From a bacterium (GTDB taxonomy: Bacteria > UBA10199 > 2-02-FULL-44-16 > JAAZCA01), in assembly GCA_963674695.2 (NCBI GenBank), contig CAXXGI010000002.1, positions 320,001 to 384,000 on the forward strand: DNA of 64,000 nucleotides, given 5' to 3'. Both the position numbers and the translations under genes were made by a program. Positions 51,274 to 60,844 of this stretch are shown here, in pieces. How positions within the stretch are numbered: position 1 is the first letter of the stretch; each line of letters opens with the position of its first letter. The notes under the pieces were generated by a model. That model was not told the origin of the DNA and searched no databases. It saw only the letters and a program-made list of their open reading frames with translations.

Positions 51274-51975
51274 ATGTCTAAAAAAATCGGCTCGACAAAT
51301 AGGCATCTGCCAAAGGGGCTTCGGATCATTCACGAGGATCAAGATATCCTCGTCGTTGAGAAACCGCCGGGGCTTTTGACGGTGGGGACTGATCGCGACA
51401 AGACGAGGACGGTGTACTATGCCTTGACCGATTATGTCCGAAAGGGGCAGGCCAAATCGAAGAATCGAATCTTTATCGTCCATCGCCTCGATCGCGAGGC
51501 CTCCGGCATCCTCGTCTTTGCGAAGAACGAGGAGGCGCGGGACTATCTCCAGAAAAACTGGAAGGATGTGAAAAAGACCTACTTTGCACTCGTCCACGGA
51601 AACCCGACGTGTAAGGAGCGGACGATCACATCGCATCTGACGGAGAACAAAGCCTATGTCGTCTATTCGACCGCGAATGCGAAGGAAGGAAAGCTCTCCC
51701 ATACGGCCTATCGCGTGCTTCGAGAGGTCGAGGGGATGAGCCTCTTGGAGGTCGATCTCTTGACCGGCCGAAAGCACCAGATCCGTGTGCACCTTGCGGA
51801 GAGCGGCCATCCGATCGTCGGCGATCTGAAGTATGGGGACAAGAAGTCGTCACACAAACGATTGTCGCTTCATGCGATAGCGATCTCCTTCCGGCATCCA
51901 CGAACCGGAAAGTTGTGTGACTTCAAAACGGAAAGACCTGAGTTTGCCAAAAAGTTCGACGCGTTGGATTCATAA
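51274..51975 (+). CDS. RluA-family pseudouridine synthase
   Basis: KPPG, HRLDREASG, TGRKHQIRVH, GHPIVGD. Confidence 0.93.
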   Translation: MSKKIGSTNRHLPKGLRIIHEDQDILVVEKPPGLLTVGTDRDKTRTVYYALTDYVRKGQAKSKNRIFIVHRLDREASGILVFAKNEEARDYLQKNWKDVKKTYFALVHGNPTCKERTITSHLTENKAYVVYSTANAKEGKLSHTAYRVLREVEGMSLLEVDLLTGRKHQIRVHLAESGHPIVGDLKYGDKKSSHKRLSLHAIAISFRHPRTGKLCDFKTERPEFAKKFDALDS

Positions 51976-51993
51976 TAGAAGCCAACCGATCCC

Positions 51994-53718
51994 CTATTTT
52001 CCAAACGGATACATCTCGATCGTGTTCACCGCCGAACAGAGGATTCCCATCTTGCGATAGGTTTGCACCATACGATTGCTGATTGGATCGATGAGGATTC
52101 GCGCGATACACGCCTCGCGTGCACGCTTCCCTCCTGATTCGCGCACGCTTCCCGAACGGAGATCGACGAGTGCGCCGTCGAGTTCGTTGACGATCTTGAG
52201 CAGCATGAGCTTTGAGCCACGGTGCCGGTAGAACTCGGCATAGTTCGGTCCCAGCCTTCGGTTGATGACCTGCTGTTCCATCTCGCCGAGCGACGCGAGG
52301 GTTTTGGCCGACTGTGCATTCTTGGCGCTCTGTTGTTGACGGTACATCTGCGATTCGAAGGCCGCCGTCTGTGCAGCAGAAGTATAGCTGCGCGAACCGT
52401 CCGAATATTCCTTCCAGGCCTGTTTGGCGCCCGGCGCGCTCCCTTGAAAATTGGAGAGCGCCACCGACATCGCCGCCTGCTTGAGTTTTTGAATCTCGAT
52501 GATCGGATCGATGAATCCCGTCTGCTCCCAGGCCTGCGCGCCATCGGCGATGGAAAAGGCGATGGCCCCTTCAAAACCGAGGAGAACGACCTTGTCGTTC
52601 ATCTGCCGCAGTGCATCGATGGAGCGGAAGAAGCCCTTGTCGATCTCCGTGCGATAGCGCTCGCTTCCTGTGGCCAGGTCGAGGCCGATGAGGTGACGAT
52701 CGGCCGGCTGCGCGACGACGTTGCCGAACACCGCCACGCCGCGCGGCGGCAGGCCGTACTTCTTCGCTTTGTGTTTGACGCTCGTCTGCCAGCGCACTTT
52801 GCCGGTGGCGATGTCGAATGCGGCGAGGAAGACCTCCTTCTTGGAGGCAAGGCTCGCAACGATGCTGCCGTCCGACCAGACGATGCCGTTGGGATGCTCC
52901 GCTTTCGCAAGCACATGTTGCCATGTGAGTCCCGTTTCGGAGGAAAAGAAGGCGATACCGTTGCCGCGCATCACCGCTGCCCCGCCCGGGCCGAAGACCC
53001 AGGAGGATCCGTTCCCGCTCGTGAGATTCAGTTCGCTCGACCAGGCGAGTTTTCCATTCGCGGCTTCAACGCGTGCGCCGCGGCCGCCGGCGGCCCACCA
53101 GACGCTCCCCTCGTTCACCGCGAGTTCACCGCCGAAGGCATCGACGGCGCCTTGGATGTTGCCGATCGGTGTCGACCAACGCTGTGCGCCGTTCTTGAGA
53201 TCGATCGAGACCATGGTCGCGGGATAGGCCTTCTCCGTTGCCAACGGCCATTCGTAGGGCAGCATGACCATGATGAGTTCGTTCGAATCCGGGAGAGAGA
53301 GCGTTGAGGCCGGGATGCCGTTCATCGGATAGCGCCAGAGCTCCGCTCCGCTCTTCACAATCGCGCGCAGCGTGAGGCCGGAGCCGCCCACCTCCATGAT
53401 GACGGCCTGCGGGCTGTCGGCGATCAGCGCGGTCTTGGCCTCCGGTCCTTGCCAGAAGACGTTGCCCGCATAATCGAGAAGCGCGCGCGTGCGCGGCGAC
53501 TTCTTGCTCCTGCCGTCGCGCGCAACGGCGTGCAGCAGCCCCGCGGGCGTCATCTCGAGGCGCATGACGGGACCAGGGAACGTATGCGACCAGAGCATCT
53601 TCGCCTCGATCGCATTGCGCTCTGCCTTCGTGCGTTTCTTGGCGATAAGATCAGGGGAGAAGAGTGTGATCGCCAGCGTGGTGATCAAGAGAAGGGGAAG
53701 ATAACGATGATGGTTCAT
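51994..53718 (-). CDS. Secreted PQQ-like beta-propeller protein
   Basis: Signal peptide; repeated D..(T/N)G..(R/A)W blades. Confidence 0.75.
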   Translation of the reverse strand: MNHHRYLPLLLITTLAITLFSPDLIAKKRTKAERNAIEAKMLWSHTFPGPVMRLEMTPAGLLHAVARDGRSKKSPRTRALLDYAGNVFWQGPEAKTALIADSPQAVIMEVGGSGLTLRAIVKSGAELWRYPMNGIPASTLSLPDSNELIMVMLPYEWPLATEKAYPATMVSIDLKNGAQRWSTPIGNIQGAVDAFGGELAVNEGSVWWAAGGRGARVEAANGKLAWSSELNLTSGNGSSWVFGPGGAAVMRGNGIAFFSSETGLTWQHVLAKAEHPNGIVWSDGSIVASLASKKEVFLAAFDIATGKVRWQTSVKHKAKKYGLPPRGVAVFGNVVAQPADRHLIGLDLATGSERYRTEIDKGFFRSIDALRQMNDKVVLLGFEGAIAFSIADGAQAWEQTGFIDPIIEIQKLKQAAMSVALSNFQGSAPGAKQAWKEYSDGSRSYTSAAQTAAFESQMYRQQQSAKNAQSAKTLASLGEMEQQVINRRLGPNYAEFYRHRGSKLMLLKIVNELDGALVDLRSGSVRESGGKRAREACIARILIDPISNRMVQTYRKMGILCSAVNTIEMYPFGK

Positions 53719-53809
53719 GGTGTCTCCCGGTTAAAGCGGCGTGTATGCGGAGCCCTCTTTTTCGCAGAATGGAAGGGGTTTAGCAAGGACGCTTGAGCGG
53801 TGCGGGCTT

Positions 53810-53926
53810 TTCCCCCGCCATGAGTCCCAGCCAGAAAGCGCTGAAAGCATTGGCGAAGAGGTGGACGCGCGCGATCGATCCCAGTGCGCTGCCGAGGACA
53901 ACGCAGATGATGAAGGGCGTGTAGGT
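53810..53926 (-). pseudogene. Fused remnant of the Fluc gene pair
   Basis: 53851-53926 matches the 5' part of 58307-58708, and 53810-53841 matches the 3' end of 57945-58310. Confidence 0.75.
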
Positions 53927-53937
53927 CTTGATTCTCC

Positions 53938-55629
53938 TCATACCCCGAACTTCAACGGCCGCCCGAGTTCCGCGAGGAGCGCGTTGATCTCATGCTTCAT
54001 TTCGATGATGCGCGTCTCGCGCCCGAGCATGAAGCGGTTGAGCTTCTCGACCATGTTCAGCTGGCGGGCGAGGTTCTCGACGGCCACATGCCGGGCCTCC
54101 TCTGCCCCCAGCGCGCCGGCGAGCACCCCCAGGGCGTCGAGCTCACCCTGCACCGGTTCATGCGCGTCCTGATAGACGACGCACAGCGATCCGATGTGCT
54201 TGGATTCCAGGCGAACGACCTGACCGATGTAGGTCTGCAGACCATACTTCCTCACGTTGGGATCGGTCTCCGCGTAGGGCGAGTCCTGAAGGTTGCAAAT
54301 GATGAGGCGTCCTTCGGGAACCCCCTGGATCACGTCGTAGCAGATGTGTCCCTCCGGTTTGTCCCGCGGGTTGAAATCGGCAGGTTCGTTCCACATCCCG
54401 ACGGAGCAGAGCAGGTTTCCCCCCAGCCGGTTATAGAGGGCGCAGGCGCTGCCCATGATTTCGCCGGCGGCCTTGGTGATGGCGTTCACGTTCTTCTCGT
54501 AGTTCGATCCCAAGCCCATGAGGCACGCGTTGACTGCGACCATGCGCTCCTCCGCGCGACGGCGAGCGGTAATGTCCTGAAAGGTTCCGCCGACCCTCGT
54601 CGTCTTTCCGTTCTCCTGATATGCCTTCCCGATGGCGTGGATCCAGCGCTTTCGCCCCGTTGCTGTGATGATTTCGAGTTCCAAGTCAAATGGCTCGCCC
54701 TCGTCGATGGTGCGCCGAACGGCCTGTTCGATGAGTGGCCGTGAGGAAGGCACGTAGAACGCGATGCCCTTCTCCACGGTTGGTTCGTAATCTTCACTCA
54801 CCTCGTGGATACGGTAGGTCTCTTTCGTCCACGTCTGCTTGTTCGTGGCGACGTCGAATTTCCATCCACCGACGGACGCCATCGCGCCCATCTCGGTGAG
54901 GAGGGTCTCGCGCTGTTCGATCTCGCGCTGCAATCGCGTGTGTTCCCGGAGCGATTGGATCCAGCGGGCCAAAATCTCATTCGACGTGTGGGGGCCGAGC
55001 ATGTCGGCGGGCGGAACGAAATAGAAGTTCTCGTAGAGTTCGATGCCGATGATGGCCAGCGGATGCGTGTTGAGCACCTGGAGCAGAATCTCGGCATCGA
55101 AGCGACGCCGATCGTACTGGCAGACGGCCAGGCTCTTGCTTCCGGGAAAGAAATCGTTGAGCTTGGCCTCGTACTCGATGAGGCGCTCCGATCCGGCGCA
55201 CCCCTTCAGGGCCCAGCTCATCTCGCCCGTGATCCGCAGCGCCGTGCACCCGTCTTCCAGCGCTCGCTTCTCCTCCGAGCGCAGCAGCGCGATCATCCGA
55301 TCCGGATCGAAATCGCCCTCCCGCAGATAGGCCTCGTCCGCGGTAAGGAGCACGAGCCGACCGTTCTCCAGGAAGGGGGCCGGATCCAGGCCGTCGGAGC
55401 GCAGATACTCGAGGATCGCCTCGGCCGTCCGCTGATCGGTGACGTAGAGGACCCGTTCTCCGCGCTCCAGCCCCGTGCGAATGTACGGTGTCAGCACCGC
55501 GCGGTGCTCATCATCCGTCTCGTAGATGATGCAGAGATGATCGCCCGCCTCGATGCCCTGGACCAGGGCGACCGTGTTTGCGGCGCTGTCCGCACCATGC
55601 TCCATGCACGTCCGTTGTTTCTTGCCCAT
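53938..55629 (-). CDS. MEDS-PAS-GAF sensor protein lacking a catalytic output domain
   Basis: GDHLCIIYE, RITGEMSW, EYEAKLN, CQYDRRRF (MEDS); PAS/PAC ending GTFQDIT; GAF; C-terminal GRETRIIEMKHEIN coil. Confidence 0.85.
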   Translation of the reverse strand: MGKKQRTCMEHGADSAANTVALVQGIEAGDHLCIIYETDDEHRAVLTPYIRTGLERGERVLYVTDQRTAEAILEYLRSDGLDPAPFLENGRLVLLTADEAYLREGDFDPDRMIALLRSEEKRALEDGCTALRITGEMSWALKGCAGSERLIEYEAKLNDFFPGSKSLAVCQYDRRRFDAEILLQVLNTHPLAIIGIELYENFYFVPPADMLGPHTSNEILARWIQSLREHTRLQREIEQRETLLTEMGAMASVGGWKFDVATNKQTWTKETYRIHEVSEDYEPTVEKGIAFYVPSSRPLIEQAVRRTIDEGEPFDLELEIITATGRKRWIHAIGKAYQENGKTTRVGGTFQDITARRRAEERMVAVNACLMGLGSNYEKNVNAITKAAGEIMGSACALYNRLGGNLLCSVGMWNEPADFNPRDKPEGHICYDVIQGVPEGRLIICNLQDSPYAETDPNVRKYGLQTYIGQVVRLESKHIGSLCVVYQDAHEPVQGELDALGVLAGALGAEEARHVAVENLARQLNMVEKLNRFMLGRETRIIEMKHEINALLAELGRPLKFGV

Positions 55630-55683
55630 ATGGACCCCCCGGAGTTTCTGCCGAATCCTTCATGCGGCCACCGATATGCCCTC

Positions 55684-55789
55684 GTCCTCGTGGACAAAGC
55701 TCGTGATGATGGAGTTGCCGGACTTCTCGTCGAACTTGAGCTGAAGCAGTTTTCGCGTCTGGGCCTCTTCGAACAATTTGCTGAACGAA
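55684..55789 (-). pseudogene. Remnant of the NYN gene 3' end
   Basis: 106 nt with 9 mismatches against 48368-48473. Confidence 0.8.
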
Positions 55790-56154
55790 TGTGACCAAGA
55801 AGCTATCTCAAAATCTAACCGTCGTCCATGGCTGTCTTTTTCGTCACAAAGAAGCGGATTCGAATATTCGTCTCGGATTTTCGACCGTCATCGTCCGGAT
55901 CTGTGCGTCGCATCGACGGGCCCCAAGACGGTGTGGACCAGAGACATGGATTCCCCCCTTTCTTTGGCGATCGACAGGGAACGCTGCATTGTGCCCGACG
56001 CTGCTTCTGTTTTTAATCGTATTGCATTCGAGAGGTGAACGTTCTGGTTTGAGTTTCACCAGGGTGTATAGCGGGCGAGTGAATGCGGGTTGGATACAAG
56101 AAACGAGCGCGGGATCTCCGCGCTCGTTTCTTTTGATTCCTGCCAATCGGTGGT

Positions 56155-56592
56155 CTACTTCTCCTCGATGATCTTGGAGGAAAATTCGTATCCCTTTTTC
56201 GTGGGCGTGATGGCAAGCTCGGCCGAATAGGTGATCGTTCGGCAGGTGGTGTCATAGCGCACCTTCGATGGCTCCTTCGGCATTATGTCGAACATTGCCT
56301 GAATCGGTTCGCGCCGAGGCGGAATGACCTCGGTCTCACAGATCTCGCGGTCCTGTTTTCCCTGGAGCGTTTTGTTGATCCCCTTGAGCTGGGCGAGCAG
56401 GGCGTCCAACGCCTTGGCGTCGAAGGGCGTCTTCATCCAGGCCTTTCGAATGCCGAGATCCTTGAGCGCTTGGTTGGCCAGGCGCACTTCATCCCTGTTG
56501 AACGAATCATTTCCTTTGATGGTCTCGAGGTCCGTCAGCGCTGTTCGCACATCCAGACGCGGAAGAGCAATTTTCGTCACAGTGTCGACCAT
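56155..56592 (-). CDS. Orphan hypothetical protein
   Basis: AAGGAGG SD before ATG at 56592 (MVDTVTKIAL...). Confidence 0.65.
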   Translation of the reverse strand: MVDTVTKIALPRLDVRTALTDLETIKGNDSFNRDEVRLANQALKDLGIRKAWMKTPFDAKALDALLAQLKGINKTLQGKQDREICETEVIPPRREPIQAMFDIMPKEPSKVRYDTTCRTITYSAELAITPTKKGYEFSSKIIEEK

Positions 56593-57068
56593 GGTTGTCC
56601 TCCTTCTGATGGAGATGGTGTGTGTGAACACGTTGTTTCTCTGCAGAGGACAGAGCCTAGGACGAGGGTCGGCCAGGGCGCAAGCGTTTTGTCTAAATGG
56701 CGAACGGAATCGAGGACGGGACGGAAGCTGACCCTCAATGCACAAACAGGCACGATCGAGCGATCGTCCGTCGGGGGGCCTTTACTTGCAGATGACGAAA
56801 AAACGATAGACGGGCGCTTCGCGGGAGAATTCGTCCACCACGCCGCACTGTATCTGTGGGAGGTAGTCCTGCACCTTTGTCGCATAGGTTTTGGCGTCCG
56901 CCTTCTCTGCAAAGCGGTTGGCGCCGAAGACGCTCTGGGCAGATCGTCGAGCTGCACGGCGGCCGCGTCGAGGGTCGGAGACAAACAATAGGGATATCGT
57001 TGCAAAAACGAAATGTCCCATCGTCGTATTTGTCCGCAACTTTTTTCGCACAAGAGCGATAAGGCGAT

Positions 57069-57923
57069 ATGTCTTTTTTAACGACGCTATCGTTGGCGGA
57101 TGTATGTGCCTTTCCGATTGAGGTGTTTCACCCGTTCGGCTCGTCTCCGACCGATGAGGTGCCCGAGTCGTCGATCGACGATGAGGCATCGGCTTTTGAA
57201 ACCGCCGTCGACATGCGCGAGGCGCTTATCGGAGATGAACGATACGCTTCCCAGCTCTTTTCATCGCCGCAGGTGCTCTCCTGGGCGATCGATCAAGCCG
57301 TGAGGCCCCCGCCCACCGTCGCCCATCGGGATCATCCCGAGCGGGATCGGCGTGCCCATTTTGCATCGAGCCTTATCGACGACGCTCTCGAGATGGCACA
57401 GGGTGAATACCGCATGGAGCGATTGCGCGCTTTTCATCGGCTGATGACCTTCGATCTCGAGCCCACCGTCTCCGTCATCGAAGTCGGTGCCGGCGATCAC
57501 ATCGAAGGCGCGATCGATCTGGCACGGTTGGGCTATGACGTATCGCTCGTTGAGCTGAGGACACATTGTGATGTCTATCGCTTTCTCAAAGAACATCTTC
57601 TGCCGGGCGAGCTGGCGCGTCATCTTCATCCCACGGATCCCTATGATCAGATACAGTCGGATATCGTCTATTTTTCGATGCCATTTTTCCCCTCGGATCC
57701 GAATGGGGTCACTTTTCGAAAATACTGTCGGCCGCCGAGCCTTGAGCGCCGAGGCGGAAGGGTGATCGTCGATACGGATCTCTATAGTGATCTGGAAGAG
57801 TTCTTTCCTCCGTGCGACTGGAAATTATTGTTGAAGATGCGGGGGAGCTTGCGATTGTTCCTGAGCGGCATTCCGGCGCCGTCCTCCCACTGTTTTTTCT
57901 ATATCTTCGAACGCATCCGTTAG
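57069..57923 (+). CDS. Orphan protein with possible class I SAM-methyltransferase-like motif
   Basis: VIEVGAG, VSLVE, DIVYF; acidic N-terminal extension; CAAC-N14-AGCGATAA just upstream. Confidence 0.55.
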   Translation: MSFLTTLSLADVCAFPIEVFHPFGSSPTDEVPESSIDDEASAFETAVDMREALIGDERYASQLFSSPQVLSWAIDQAVRPPPTVAHRDHPERDRRAHFASSLIDDALEMAQGEYRMERLRAFHRLMTFDLEPTVSVIEVGAGDHIEGAIDLARLGYDVSLVELRTHCDVYRFLKEHLLPGELARHLHPTDPYDQIQSDIVYFSMPFFPSDPNGVTFRKYCRPPSLERRGGRVIVDTDLYSDLEEFFPPCDWKLLLKMRGSLRLFLSGIPAPSSHCFFYIFERIR

Positions 57924-57944
57924 GAAAATCTGATCCGCATCGCG

Positions 57945-58310
57945 TTATCCCCCTGCGATGAGTCCCAGCCAGAAGGCGCCCAAGCAGACCACCAGGTTGA
58001 GAACGATGTTGGCGCAGGCCTTCGCGCTGTGTCCGGTGTGCAGGAGACGGAGGGTCTGAAAGCTGAAGGCGGAAAACGTGGTGAATCCGCCGCAAAAGCC
58101 GACGGCGATGAGCTCTTCGTTCAGGCTCGGTGCGCCTCCCGTATCGCCGGCGGCGTGCGCGATGATGAATCCGAGGAGCATCGAGCCCAGGGCGTTGACG
58201 AGGAAGGTCGCCCACGGAAAGTGGCTGTCGCAGTGCCGCGCGAGCACGGCGCGTGCGACCGCACCCATGGCCCCGCCCGCGGCGGTGAGCATCGTCTGCG
58301 TGACGATCAT
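57945..58310 (-). CDS. crcB: Fluoride efflux channel Fluc
   Basis: GGAMGAVAR, FPWATFLVN, GFCGGFTTFSAF. Confidence 0.92.
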   Translation of the reverse strand: MIVTQTMLTAAGGAMGAVARAVLARHCDSHFPWATFLVNALGSMLLGFIIAHAAGDTGGAPSLNEELIAVGFCGGFTTFSAFSFQTLRLLHTGHSAKACANIVLNLVVCLGAFWLGLIAGG

Positions 58311-58708
58311 CGCCGCCTCCGCTTCAGGTGCGGCAGTTTCGCGGCAAGGGCGACGCCGGCCGCAACCGCGATGAGGGTGACGATCAGCGAGAGCGCGATG
58401 TTCGCAAATGCCTGGAGGTGCAGGCCCTGTTCGATGAGCATCACCGTCTGATACGAAAAATGCGAGAGCGTGGTGAACCCTCCGCAGAAGCCGATGGCGG
58501 CAAAGGTGATGATGTGATGATGGACGTGCCCGTCATGTTCCAAAACGAATCCGATGAGAAAAGCGCCGAGGACATTGACGATGAGCGTCGGCACCCAGGG
58601 TAAGGGGCTGGGCAGGATGGCGAAGAGGTGGACGCGCGCGACCGACCCCAGTGCGCCGCCGAGGGCGACGCAGATGATGAAGAGCGTGTAGGTTTTTAAA
58701 CGCTTCAT
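58307..58708 (-). CDS. crcB: Fluoride efflux channel Fluc (second subunit)
   Basis: GGALGSVAR, TLIVN, GFCGGFTTLSHF; ATGA overlap with its partner. Confidence 0.9.
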   Translation of the reverse strand: MKRLKTYTLFIICVALGGALGSVARVHLFAILPSPLPWVPTLIVNVLGAFLIGFVLEHDGHVHHHIITFAAIGFCGGFTTLSHFSYQTVMLIEQGLHLQAFANIALSLIVTLIAVAAGVALAAKLPHLKRRRR

Positions 58709-58883
58709 GCTTCTTCGTTTACACCGTGCCGATCGTGAAAAACAAGCCAAATAGAAGCACTATTTATAGTTGCATAAGTGACATTATGAGAAACAACGCT
58801 TACATTTCTTTGTTTCGCATATCTCTTCCTTGAATCACTCCGACGGTGGTGGTACACACCGTCTCTCACAATGGGAGGCGACA

Positions 58884-60707
58884 ATGAAAATGAACGCGAT
58901 GAATGAAGTGAAAGTGTTCGGAGTGGTGTTGATGCTTGTCCTGGCGATGAGCGCCTGCGTTGGGTCGGGGTCGAGCGACGCGCTCACCATCTATGGTACG
59001 ACGGGTTCGACGGTATCTGCGTCGGATGCGGCAACGAGTGCCGTCAAGGCAGGGCAGTGGGGAAGCCAGGGGGTCGGTGCGCCGACGTCGGTCAAGATCA
59101 GGTTGTACGCGGTTTATCTCGGGGCTTCGAACGATTGCTCCGATGTCGATCTGGTCACCCCCGTGCAGGATTATGGTGCGGACGGACAGGAGTTCGACCT
59201 TGCAGTGGAAACGCCCGAGATCGCTAGTGGCAACCCGGCGGCCGGGGAATACAACTGCATGATTATGAAGATGAGCAGCGTGATCTCCTTCACGCCGGAT
59301 GAAATCGCTGCTGGAGCCTATTCGAGCTGTACGCAACAGGAACACCAGTTTCCGTTGGCGCGTGCGGGAGATGGTGAATATCTCGACCTCGTTGGCAACG
59401 CCATTACCTACGAGAGCACGCTGCTCAATCCGGTTGCGCAGACGCTGTACATCTTTGCCAGCACAGACACGACGCAGATTCCTGATACGAGAGCTGGTGT
59501 TTATCAGCGTCTGGCTATGGCCGAGGCCCTCACGGTTCCGGGCAGCAGCTATTTCATCATGAACTTCGACGATCGCATCGAGGAAATGAACAACGCGGAA
59601 ACGGGAGATCAGCCGCTGTGTACGCTGGAGTCGCCGCAGATGGGTTTTTCCGATACGTCGTCCGTCGATTCCATCAAGTCCTGGTTTGATGCTGGTAGTG
59701 CAGTGCTCACTACGGAGGGAACGTCTGTGATTGACCTCGATGCATCGAGCGAATCGCTCTTTGCCATGTTTCGGACGGATGGTGGAGATATCGGTGTGAA
59801 GAGCACAGAGGTGCGCGGCGGTGCAGAATGGACGGATATGGCCTTTGTTACCAGTGGGTCGGCGGGGATTGCCGCCGCGATGAGCGTGTATGACGACAAG
59901 CCGTTGGTCGGCTACCATCGGCAGTCGCCCATTCCTTCGCTTATCTTCAGTCGCGGGGATGGAGGGAATTCCTGGGATGATTTTAGCACGAACATCGAAG
60001 GCATCACCGCACCCAGCGTGTTGCGAATCGTCAACGATGGCACTTATTTTTACGCCGCATCCGTTGACAATACCGCCAATCGTGCGGTGACGGTCTATCG
60101 GATCAGCGTCGATGCAACGGAGGCGGATGGGTGGACCAGGCTTGGTGCGGGGACGGTTGCTGATACGACACAGTCGCTCTTTGGCATCGGAGCTTATAAC
60201 GAGTATGTGTATCTGGCGGAGACCTCCGATGGCATCAAGGTGCAGCAGTATGATCCCGCTGCGGGGACCTGGTCACAACTGGGAGCGGCGATTAGCACCG
60301 AAACGCCGGAATCGATTTCACTCGCGATTGTCGCGGAGACGCCCTACGTTGCCTATACGATGCCGACGTCCAATGCCATCGCGATCGTTTGCTATGATGC
60401 AGTCGCTGGCACATGGGGCGCGGTCGGAGCGACGGATATTGCAACCGTTCAAGCGACGAGCGCAAAGATTGATGGAAGTGGAGCTACGCCCTTTTTGGGA
60501 TATATCGATACCGGGAACAGCAATGTTATGAGGGCGTTGCGGTATCAGACGGATGCGTGGCTGGGTTTAGAGAGTTCGACGATTGCTTCCAACGCGACGG
60601 TTATCAATGATTTTATCGCCTACAGCGGTATTCCCTACGTGGCGTATGAAAGCTCCAGCGATGGGCAGACCGCGAGTTATGTGAAAAAATTTACGACGTC
60701 GCAGTAG
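58884..60707 (+). CDS. Lipoprotein with C-terminal beta-propeller-like repeats
   Basis: GGAGG SD, lipobox MSAC, repeated W..LG..I and PYVAY motifs. Confidence 0.7.
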   Translation: MKMNAMNEVKVFGVVLMLVLAMSACVGSGSSDALTIYGTTGSTVSASDAATSAVKAGQWGSQGVGAPTSVKIRLYAVYLGASNDCSDVDLVTPVQDYGADGQEFDLAVETPEIASGNPAAGEYNCMIMKMSSVISFTPDEIAAGAYSSCTQQEHQFPLARAGDGEYLDLVGNAITYESTLLNPVAQTLYIFASTDTTQIPDTRAGVYQRLAMAEALTVPGSSYFIMNFDDRIEEMNNAETGDQPLCTLESPQMGFSDTSSVDSIKSWFDAGSAVLTTEGTSVIDLDASSESLFAMFRTDGGDIGVKSTEVRGGAEWTDMAFVTSGSAGIAAAMSVYDDKPLVGYHRQSPIPSLIFSRGDGGNSWDDFSTNIEGITAPSVLRIVNDGTYFYAASVDNTANRAVTVYRISVDATEADGWTRLGAGTVADTTQSLFGIGAYNEYVYLAETSDGIKVQQYDPAAGTWSQLGAAISTETPESISLAIVAETPYVAYTMPTSNAIAIVCYDAVAGTWGAVGATDIATVQATSAKIDGSGATPFLGYIDTGNSNVMRALRYQTDAWLGLESSTIASNATVINDFIAYSGIPYVAYESSSDGQTASYVKKFTTSQ

Positions 60708-60731
60708 GCGATCGTATGCTCTGAATATACA

Positions 60732-60760
60732 AGCGGGGGGCGCATGCCTCCCGCTTTTCT
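60732..60760 (+). terminator. Rho-independent terminator
   Basis: aagcggggggc-gcat-gcctcccgctt followed by a T-rich tract. Confidence 0.65.
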
Positions 60761-60844
60761 TATGAAGTGAGGATGATTGTCCGTGACGGAAAGGCGTGGT
60801 ACAAGGGGGGGCGGGTATCACAAGCCGCATACAGGAGTATGCCC

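Noticed and set aside
55684-55789. NYN 3' duplicate as a diversity-generating retroelement template/variable pair
   Set aside because: Mismatches are not adenine-specific on either strand, most are synonymous, and no reverse transcriptase is in the window.
58709-58830. Fluoride riboswitch upstream of crcB
   Set aside because: No GGCGATGGnGTTCGCC-like core is visible.
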